Source: Bdellovibrionales bacterium (lineage in GTDB: Bacteria > Bdellovibrionota > Bdellovibrionia > Bdellovibrionales > UBA1609). Taken from it: a stretch of DNA of 64,000 nucleotides. Positions 57,555 through 64,000 of this stretch are shown here, in pieces; position 1 is the stretch's first letter; each line of letters opens with the position of its first letter. The notes beneath the pieces are model-generated. The model was not told the DNA's origin. It saw only the letters and a list, made by a program, of their open reading frames with translations, and made no database searches. The translations under genes were made by a program, and so were the position numbers. The stretch spans positions 1,446,204-1,510,203 of the forward strand of contig OZ241329.1 of the NCBI GenBank assembly GCA_965199825.1, in the 5' to 3' direction.

Positions 57555-58796
57555 ATGTTAAAAAAAATCACTTTTACCCAATGGATCGCAATCGCACTTG
57601 TGGTTGGACTTATTGTTGGAGTCACAGCACCCGAATTTGCGGTCTCTCTTAAATTTCTAACAACCGTATTTTTGCGTGCGATCAGTTCGATGGTTGTGCC
57701 GATGATATTCGCAATGCTTGTCACAGGCATTGCCGATCATAGTGATGACTTAAAGTCGATTGGGCGTTTGGCGGTGAGGGCACTGGTCTACTTTGAAGTG
57801 ATGACCGCTTTTGCTCTTGTGATGGGATTGATTGCAGTGCATCTGCTTCATCCAGGTACCGGTACTCCGCTCCCTCCACCAACCGCAGTGGCTCAAGAGT
57901 ATGTTCAAAAGCCACAAACCACACTCGAAACCATCGAGCATATCGTTCCCCGAAGTTTTGTTGAGGCGGCCGCCCAAAATGATATTTTAGAAGTGATTTT
58001 CTTTTCTGTTCTTTTTGCGTTGGCCCTCACACAAGTCGATATTCCTCACAAAAATGTGATGCTCGGGGTGTGTCGCTCCCTGGCTCAAATTATGTTTAAA
58101 TTCATTGGTATCGTAATGAATTTTGCGCCGATTGCGGTTGGGGCATCCATTGCGGTGGCGGTGGGTCAATCGGGATTGCAGGTCATCGCCAATCTGAGTT
58201 GGCTTGTGCTCACTCTTTATTTGGCCTTGGTTGCGTTAATTTTATTGTTCTTTGTGCCCACACTTTATTTTTTAAAAATTTCGATTCCTAAATTTTTTGC
58301 TGCGGTTCGTGAGCCTGCATTCTTGGCTTTTAGTACGTCCTCATCAGAGGCCGCACTTCCGATTGCGCTTCGAAAAATGGTCGAGTTCGGAGTGCCTGAG
58401 CACATCGTTTATTTTGTATTGCCCTTGGGCTATTCGTTCAACTTAGTGGGATCGACTCTTTATCTTTCGGTGGCCGCAATTTTTGTGGCCCAAGCTGCAG
58501 ATATTCATCTGACTTGGATGCAGCAATCGGCAATGATTTTGACTTTGTTAATCACAAGCAAAGGGGTTGCGGCTGTGCCTCGAGCCTCGATGGTTGTGCT
58601 TTCGGCCACACTCACCAAATTCAATTTACCACTAGAAGGGATTGCGGTGATCCTAGGTGTAGACGCCATCATGGATATGGCGCGCAGTATGGTCAACGTG
58701 ATCGGCAACTGTTTAGCGTCAGTTGTATTGTCGCATTGGGAATCGGCCACGCCAGTAAAGAAAATAATAAAGCACGCCGAAGAGAGCCCCACCTAA
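57555..58796 (+). CDS. Dicarboxylate/amino acid:cation symporter (GltP/DctA family)
   Basis: AFSTSSSEAALP, PLGYSFN, SKG.AAVP, DMARS..N..GN. Confidence 0.92.
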   Translation: MLKKITFTQWIAIALVVGLIVGVTAPEFAVSLKFLTTVFLRAISSMVVPMIFAMLVTGIADHSDDLKSIGRLAVRALVYFEVMTAFALVMGLIAVHLLHPGTGTPLPPPTAVAQEYVQKPQTTLETIEHIVPRSFVEAAAQNDILEVIFFSVLFALALTQVDIPHKNVMLGVCRSLAQIMFKFIGIVMNFAPIAVGASIAVAVGQSGLQVIANLSWLVLTLYLALVALILLFFVPTLYFLKISIPKFFAAVREPAFLAFSTSSSEAALPIALRKMVEFGVPEHIVYFVLPLGYSFNLVGSTLYLSVAAIFVAQAADIHLTWMQQSAMILTLLITSKGVAAVPRASMVVLSATLTKFNLPLEGIAVILGVDAIMDMARSMVNVIGNCLASVVLSHWESATPVKKIIKHAEESPT

Positions 58797-59324
58797 GTGG
58801 GCGCCGTGACCAATCGGCAGGCCACCGCCTTGGGCCTGTGCTGACAATCCCCAGAGATCAAGACCAACAAAGAGCACCGCACCAAACATGGCGGGCATTG
58901 GAATAATCCAGAAGAGCAAAAGCTTTTCGCGCGGATACAGAAAGGAAAAAAGTAAAATCAATCCCGACAAGGCACCCGAAGCCCCAAGTGCCGGCAGTGC
59001 GGGTTCGTGGAGTAAAAACGCGGACACCAAACAATGGCAAAGCGAACTAAAAATTCCCGCACCAAGATAAAAAAATAAAAATCGTGGAACTCCTAAAATA
59101 CTTTCGACCAAGCCGCCAAAACTCCTCAGCACCATCATGTTGAGTAAAAAATGAATAAACAAATTGTGCGAAAAAACAGAGGTGAGCAAAGTCCAATAGC
59201 GACCCTGTAATAAACCTTCCCAGCTGACCAGAAAATGGGTCGACATAAAACGAAAGTCACGTCCCCAAAAATAAAACACCACTAAATTTATAATTAACAA
59301 GACCGGTATGGTTGAGCGTCTCAT
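58719..59324 (-). CDS. Rhomboid intramembrane serine protease
   Basis: H....H...NM, LGASGA, AHLGGA. Confidence 0.92.
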   Translation of the reverse strand: MRRSTIPVLLIINLVVFYFWGRDFRFMSTHFLVSWEGLLQGRYWTLLTSVFSHNLFIHFLLNMMVLRSFGGLVESILGVPRFLFFYLGAGIFSSLCHCLVSAFLLHEPALPALGASGALSGLILLFSFLYPREKLLLFWIIPMPAMFGAVLFVGLDLWGLSAQAQGGGLPIGHGAHLGGALFGVLYYFLYWRGRFPMRQYN

Positions 59325-60451
59325 CGGATAAAACGCGGTTTAGGTGGTAGGTTTGAAAGTAAAATCGAGTCACCAAATTTTTGTTTTAATTGATCCTTCA
59401 ATTGTTCGACCTTTATTGTTTTTTCGTTATTAAATAAATTAAGTTGGATCTCTTGCCCTACCGATAAATTTCTCACGCTAATCCCTAAGAGTCTCAAAGG
59501 CAGGTTGGGATTTTTGTGTTCAATCAATAATTTCTGACCGATTTCGGCAATTTCTGCAGCCACACAGGTAGGCTGGCTAATCGATTTTGCCCGGGTCACC
59601 GTAGTAAAATCGGGATAGCGAATTTTAATCTGCACCGTTTGGGCCGACATATTTTTTTTTCGTAGATCAGTGGCGATGTCTTCGCTCATGTCGCGCAAAA
59701 ATCGCATCAAGTATTCCACTTGGGAAATGTTTTCGGCAAAGGTTCGCTCGGCTCCGATAGATTTTCGTTCATGCCGAGTTTCGACAATTCGATTGTCGAT
59801 GCCCTTGGCCATTTTTTGAAAATCAGGAAACTGCGGGCTTTTTGCAAGTTGGGCACAGGTATGAATTCCGAGTTGGGCCAAGCGCGAGAGTGTTTTTGGT
59901 CCGATGCCAGGAAGTTTTGATACTGAGAGTGAACTCAAAAATTTTTCTTCATCACCCACCGGAATTTCTAACAGACCATCGGGTTTAGCAAAATCAGAAG
60001 CAATTTTAGCAAGCAGTTTATTGCTAGCAATCCCAACGGTGCAGGTCAGTCCGCTGACCTCGAGAACCGACTGTCTTATTTTTTTGCCGCTTTCGACTCT
60101 TGAGGCATACAATCGTTCACATCCGGTGAGATCAAGATAGGCCTCATCAATCGAAACCTGTTGGACTTTGGGTGACAGATTTTCGAGGCTCTCAAAAATA
60201 AGATGAGAATAATGCGAGTAATCTTTAAACTCAGGCTTCACCATCACAAGGGCAGGGCACAGTCTTCGAGCTTGGCCCACAGGCATAGCCGATCGCACGC
60301 CAAACTTTCTTGCCTCATAGGAGCAACTGGCGACTACGCCGCGCGCACCAGTGCCACCCACTCCGACCGGCTTGCCGATCAGGCTGGGATTTTTGAGTCT
60401 TTCGACCGCAACAAAAAAGCAATCCATGTCGACATGGAGGATCCAAGACAT
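59321..60451 (-). CDS. dinB: DNA polymerase IV
   Basis: HVDMDCFF, SYEARKFGVRSAM, SIDEAYLD, AKPDG, GIGPKT. Confidence 0.95.
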   Translation of the reverse strand: MSWILHVDMDCFFVAVERLKNPSLIGKPVGVGGTGARGVVASCSYEARKFGVRSAMPVGQARRLCPALVMVKPEFKDYSHYSHLIFESLENLSPKVQQVSIDEAYLDLTGCERLYASRVESGKKIRQSVLEVSGLTCTVGIASNKLLAKIASDFAKPDGLLEIPVGDEEKFLSSLSVSKLPGIGPKTLSRLAQLGIHTCAQLAKSPQFPDFQKMAKGIDNRIVETRHERKSIGAERTFAENISQVEYLMRFLRDMSEDIATDLRKKNMSAQTVQIKIRYPDFTTVTRAKSISQPTCVAAEIAEIGQKLLIEHKNPNLPLRLLGISVRNLSVGQEIQLNLFNNEKTIKVEQLKDQLKQKFGDSILLSNLPPKPRFIR

Positions 60452-60521
60452 GAGGCTTTATATCGTCTTTTAGATTTTAAGTTTATTGAAAACATCTGGT
60501 ATCATCAGCGCTGGAGGCAAT

Positions 60522-60959
60522 ATGAAGTATCTGCTCGTTTTATTGGTGTTTTCGTCGAGTGCTTTGGCCAAGACCACGAAGGTGGCCCATTTTGTTCTTT
60601 GGCAAGATGATGAGACCAAAAAGACCTCGATGGCCCAGCTCAAAAATTTTGGGGCGCATCTAAAAAAGTGCAAATATGAGCTCGAATTTTGTGGCAACGA
60701 CGTGGAAGTCGAAAAGATCGAAAAAGTATGTCATCAAACAGGCCAGCCTCAACCCCTTGTGAAGCAAACCCATCATGCTGCATTTGAGCAACTCGACTTC
60801 AAGATACCTGTCGAAACTGAATTTTATAAAGTGAAACTTGAGGTCAGACACAATGCCTTACTCAATACGGGCGAAATTGAATTTTTAAATTCTGAAGGCG
60901 AAAATCTGCCCTTTGGAAAAAAGGCAGCGTTTTTTCAGCTCTTCCAAAACTGCCCTTGA
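60522..60959 (+). CDS. Hypothetical secreted protein
   Basis: GGAGG RBS and a signal peptide ending SALA. Confidence 0.65.
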   Translation: MKYLLVLLVFSSSALAKTTKVAHFVLWQDDETKKTSMAQLKNFGAHLKKCKYELEFCGNDVEVEKIEKVCHQTGQPQPLVKQTHHAAFEQLDFKIPVETEFYKVKLEVRHNALLNTGEIEFLNSEGENLPFGKKAAFFQLFQNCP

Positions 60960-61394
60960 ATGACCAATTATCTCGAAAGCTTTGGGTTTTATAATCGTTG
61001 GGCCAACGAAAGACTTTTTAAAACCCTCAAAAGCGAAATCAGTCCCAACATTCTAAATCTTCTTGCGCAGCAAATTGGTGCCGAAGAGTTGTGGATGGGG
61101 CGCATCCAAAAACCAAATGAAGATCTTAAAGCTGTTCAACCTGATTTTGTTTACCTTGAAAGACGCCGCAGAAGTCTTGATGAGGACTGGATTGATCTGG
61201 TCGAATCCAAATTAGATCTTGGGCGCAACGTTGAATATGAAACAATCACCGAGCCTCGCATGCGCCGCACAGCTCAGCTCGAAAGAATTTTGCTGCACGT
61301 ATTCAATAGCCAAACCTTTTCGCGTGGCCAGATTTGTGCCGAGCTCCAAAAACCACCGCCACTTGAAATGATTTATTTTTTTAGTGGTCGTTAG
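60960..61394 (+). CDS. DinB/YfiT superfamily protein (degenerate His triad)
   Basis: YNRWANERL, E..W..R, ILLHVFN....RGQ. Confidence 0.75.
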   Translation: MTNYLESFGFYNRWANERLFKTLKSEISPNILNLLAQQIGAEELWMGRIQKPNEDLKAVQPDFVYLERRRRSLDEDWIDLVESKLDLGRNVEYETITEPRMRRTAQLERILLHVFNSQTFSRGQICAELQKPPPLEMIYFFSGR

Positions 61395-62050
61395 GGTTCG
61401 GTAATTGCGATCGAGTCAATATAGGCAATACCAAATCGACCATCTCGAAGCGCCATATTTAGAGGCGTGATATTGACCCGAATCTTATCGCACATTTCGG
61501 CATTGAGCCTCAGAGTCCACACATCGGTATCTTGCAAAGGACTCTTCACCACAACACTGCAGAGGCCGCCGGTCTTTAAAAAAGCCTCAAATCCGTTGAG
61601 CTTTTCGATCACCACACTCTCAAATTGTTGAGGCTCTGAGGTATCGGTTTGGCGGTTTAAGACCTCCACCGCAGGAAGAACAATCAAGAGGGCACCAAGG
61701 GGAGCAAAAACCATTACCTTCCAGATCGAGGCCTTGAGACCACGTTGACGAAAAAAGGTCGACTTGGTCATCTTTAGCGAAAAGAACAGCAGAATCGTAA
61801 ACATAATAAAAAACGGAAATGAATTTTCGAGCAATTCTTCGCGACGCAACACTTGGCTTAAAGGGTAGCCAAACAGGCGCTCCCCAAAATAGGCCGCCCA
61901 ACAGGTGACAAAGATCGCAATCCAAATCACCTCGAGTTTTGGAATATAAAAGGGATCCTCGGCCCGACGATTTTTTGCCTGACTTTTGCGAATAAATCCC
62001 CAAAGCGTTCCAACGAGTAGACCAAAGCCTAATGAAATCAATATGATCAT
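61391..62050 (-). CDS. Hypothetical membrane protein
   Basis: About four TM helices and a small beta-rich C-domain ending G.FG..Y. Confidence 0.65.
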   Translation of the reverse strand: MIILISLGFGLLVGTLWGFIRKSQAKNRRAEDPFYIPKLEVIWIAIFVTCWAAYFGERLFGYPLSQVLRREELLENSFPFFIMFTILLFFSLKMTKSTFFRQRGLKASIWKVMVFAPLGALLIVLPAVEVLNRQTDTSEPQQFESVVIEKLNGFEAFLKTGGLCSVVVKSPLQDTDVWTLRLNAEMCDKIRVNITPLNMALRDGRFGIAYIDSIAITEP

Positions 62051-62149
62051 AAGAAATTATCAACTCAATCAAAATCAAATGGCAATGACAAAAAACGTCG
62101 CCGGTTTTTACCTTACTTCAAGCGATCTCCACGAAGGGCCATTAGATTT

Positions 62150-62164
62150 GGGCATTGTGCTTGC
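62150..62164 (+). promoter_or_regulatory. Putative sigma54 -24/-12 promoter
   Basis: GGGCATTGTGCTTGC(T), close to consensus. Confidence 0.7.
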
Positions 62165-62206
62165 TGATATGTTGAGTGTGAAAAACATTTTTTAAGGAGG
62201 ATTGCC

Positions 62207-62833
62207 ATGAAGGCAATTTTATTGACCCTGTTGATCTCAAGCCCAGTATGGGCAGCAACTCTTGATACTGTAAACGAAAAGTCCTTCGACGTTGAAGCCG
62301 AAGAGATGGATGTTTACGATCACGCTGCTTTAGAAAAAGCGGCTAAAGACGAAACCGCTCAGATGAATCACGATACAAAAGTGATGGATCAAAAGGTTTC
62401 AAGTCTCAAGCGCGAGAGTGATAGATTAAAGCAGAACGTAAAAAACCAATCCGATCGTTTTGCTGAATCAAAAAAACAAGGTGTTGAGATGAGTCGCAAA
62501 GTTGCTTTGCAACAACGTGATAAAGATCATGTTCAAAAAGATCTTGAAACCGCTCAATATAAATTGAAACAAAGCCAAGATCAGTTAGCAGATCGCAAAA
62601 ATCAACTGGCCCAAACCAGAAGTCAGTTGAATGAGTTGAGTCACCAAAAAGCTTCGGCATTAAACCGAATTCACCGAGCTGAGCAACAGATTGCAACTGC
62701 CGAAAGACAACTCGAGCGCTTAAAAAGCCAAAAGCAAAATTTAAAAAAGAATGTTGTTGAATTGAATCGAAGAGCTGATGCGAGCGAAGGACGTGCGCAA
62801 AAGTATCAGACCCGTTTAGCATCCTTACGCTAA
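62207..62833 (+). CDS. Secreted long coiled-coil protein
   Basis: AAGGAGG RBS, signal peptide ending VWA, heptad-rich body. Confidence 0.8.
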   Translation: MKAILLTLLISSPVWAATLDTVNEKSFDVEAEEMDVYDHAALEKAAKDETAQMNHDTKVMDQKVSSLKRESDRLKQNVKNQSDRFAESKKQGVEMSRKVALQQRDKDHVQKDLETAQYKLKQSQDQLADRKNQLAQTRSQLNELSHQKASALNRIHRAEQQIATAERQLERLKSQKQNLKKNVVELNRRADASEGRAQKYQTRLASLR

Positions 62834-62854
62834 ATTTTTTTAGAGGGTTGCGAT

Positions 62855-62894
62855 GACGAACATGGATTGTTTGTCTTGCAACCCGAATTTATGA
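62855..62894. terminator. Long hairpin between convergent genes
   Basis: GGGTTGCGATGACGAAC-loop-GTTTGTCTTGCAACCC (about 62855-62884), pairing with G-U wobbles. Confidence 0.45.
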
Positions 62895-62956
62895 CAACAT
62901 ATGACCTGTGATTTTTTTTACGCTTCAGCCTCACTTCGTGAGGTCTTGTCGAAACT

Positions 62957-63697
62957 CTAAACGCCCCATTCTGACCGAATCTTTGCAACCTCTTCGGGTG
63001 TCATCGCTTTTTTAAAACGAGCCCCAGATCGACCTTTGACTCGAGCTTCGCATTCGGCCCAAGTGGTATGCTGCTCGAGCTTTCCGTTGACCAAACTTAA
63101 ATAACAAAAAGGAATTTTTTTTTGGGTGCGCTCTTTCATGTCGGGGAGGGCTTGGGGCTCAGGCAAAACATCAAGATCTAAACCGTAGCCACCCAATGGT
63201 CCTTTGTAGAGAGCAGGCATTTGACCTTTTGAGTGCGCCACTGCGATCACATCGCAGCGCTCATTACCGGGTGTTCCGCGATGGCCGCGAACAAAATTCC
63301 ATGTGATGCGTTTGCGATCAATGGTGAGCACCGTGTTCATCAACTCTTGCCAAAGATCTTGATTGGTCACGTCTTTGCCATCGGCGGTTTTCCAACCGCG
63401 GCGTTGCCAACCAAAAACCCACTGAGTGATTCCACGAATTAAATAAACAGAGTCGGTAAATACCGAAATATTTTCTGTTCGTTCGCTTACAAATTGGAGA
63501 CCGCGAAGGGCCGCCGTCATTTCCATCCGATTATTTGTTGTCGATGGGCTTGCACCACCCAGCTCCTGAACTTTCAAATCAGGTGTGAGCACCACCGAGG
63601 CCCATCCGCCGGGACCAGGGTTTCCTGAACATGCACCATCGCTGTAGATGATGATGTTGTCGGTTGAAACATTTTGACAATCAAAAGCTCGCTCCAT
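62957..63697 (-). CDS. rnhA: Ribonuclease HI with C-terminal hybrid-binding domain
   Basis: DGACSGNPGPGG, TTNNRME, TDS.Y, N.DLW, GH.G..GNERCD. C-terminal TW.EC..RVKG..GARFKK. Confidence 0.93.
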   Translation of the reverse strand: MERAFDCQNVSTDNIIIYSDGACSGNPGPGGWASVVLTPDLKVQELGGASPSTTNNRMEMTAALRGLQFVSERTENISVFTDSVYLIRGITQWVFGWQRRGWKTADGKDVTNQDLWQELMNTVLTIDRKRITWNFVRGHRGTPGNERCDVIAVAHSKGQMPALYKGPLGGYGLDLDVLPEPQALPDMKERTQKKIPFCYLSLVNGKLEQHTTWAECEARVKGRSGARFKKAMTPEEVAKIRSEWGV

Positions 63698-63746
63698 TAG
63701 GTTTCCTTATTACAAAATTAACCCTTGTACATTGAAGAGAGTATTT

Positions 63747-64000
63747 ATGAAATTTGGAAAGTTACAAAGCTTGCTTTTCGCGACATGTTGCGCGCCGGTC
63801 GTCAGCTTCGCGAGTGAGGCTGATTTAAGGCTTCCCGATCTCAATGTGAGCTTTAGCGGTCTTGGCGGCATTAGTGGTCATCAAATTCTTTGGAGCGGCA
63901 TCTTGGTTGCTGTTTTGGGAATTCTTTTTGGACTTTATGAATTTGCCAAAATTAAAGCGCTACCCGTTCATCGTTCGATGTTGGAAATTTCAGAACTCAT
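63747..64000 (+). CDS. hppA: Membrane ion-translocating pyrophosphatase, 5' part (runs off the window)
   Basis: Absent from the ORF track. Manual translation gives MKFGK..FASEADLRLPDL..TM..LPVHRSMLEISEL, resembling the N-terminus of Na+/H+-PPases. Catalytic motifs lie outside the window. Confidence 0.7.
   Translation, partial: MKFGKLQSLLFATCCAPVVSFASEADLRLPDLNVSFSGLGGISGHQILWSGILVAVLGILFGLYEFAKIKALPVHRSMLEISEL

Noticed and set aside
58719-58796. 78-nt convergent overlap between the symporter and rhomboid genes
   Set aside because: Both tails look non-conserved, and such 3' overlaps are common in compact genomes.
60452-60521. SOS box for dinB, and a sigma54-like TGGTATCATCAGCGC at 60497
   Set aside because: No recognisable LexA palindrome. 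The -12 element is poor and the predicted +1 would fall inside the start codon.
1832-63442. Many 60-165 aa ORFs nested in or antisense to assigned genes
   Set aside because: They show no recognisable motifs and overlap well-supported genes, so I treated them as chance frames.
1-64000. tRNA, rRNA, IS elements, integrase, prophage or a recognised anti-phage operon
   Set aside because: I saw no such motifs or terminal repeats, and the intergenic gaps are short.

Overview
Gene-dense bacterial chromosome of moderate GC. The gene content (many orphan secreted proteins, PilZ and degenerate receiver proteins, sigma54/sigma28-type promoters) suggests a Bdellovibrionota-like predator; this is inference only. 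I saw no rRNA, tRNA, CRISPR array, transposase or prophage. Recognisable genes: two DEAD-box helicases (one missed by the ORF track because it runs off the left edge), pcnB, tatA, transketolase, add, thiBPQ, nth, citrate synthase, a menaquinone prenylation cluster, nadE, arfB, dinB, rnhA and the start of hppA. The best leads are: (1) a locus of Cas4-like nuclease/FeS helicase, catalytically dead DEDD fused to GIY-YIG, and two small proteins resembling GapR and PC4; (2) sigma54-type promoters before secreted orphan proteins, several predicting near-leaderless mRNAs; (3) a recurring Cys-x-x-x-Leu/Phe motif just after signal peptides; (4) several apparent pseudo-enzymes; (5) a pirin split by a homopolymer frameshift. 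All assignments come from reading motifs by eye; no database searches were run.
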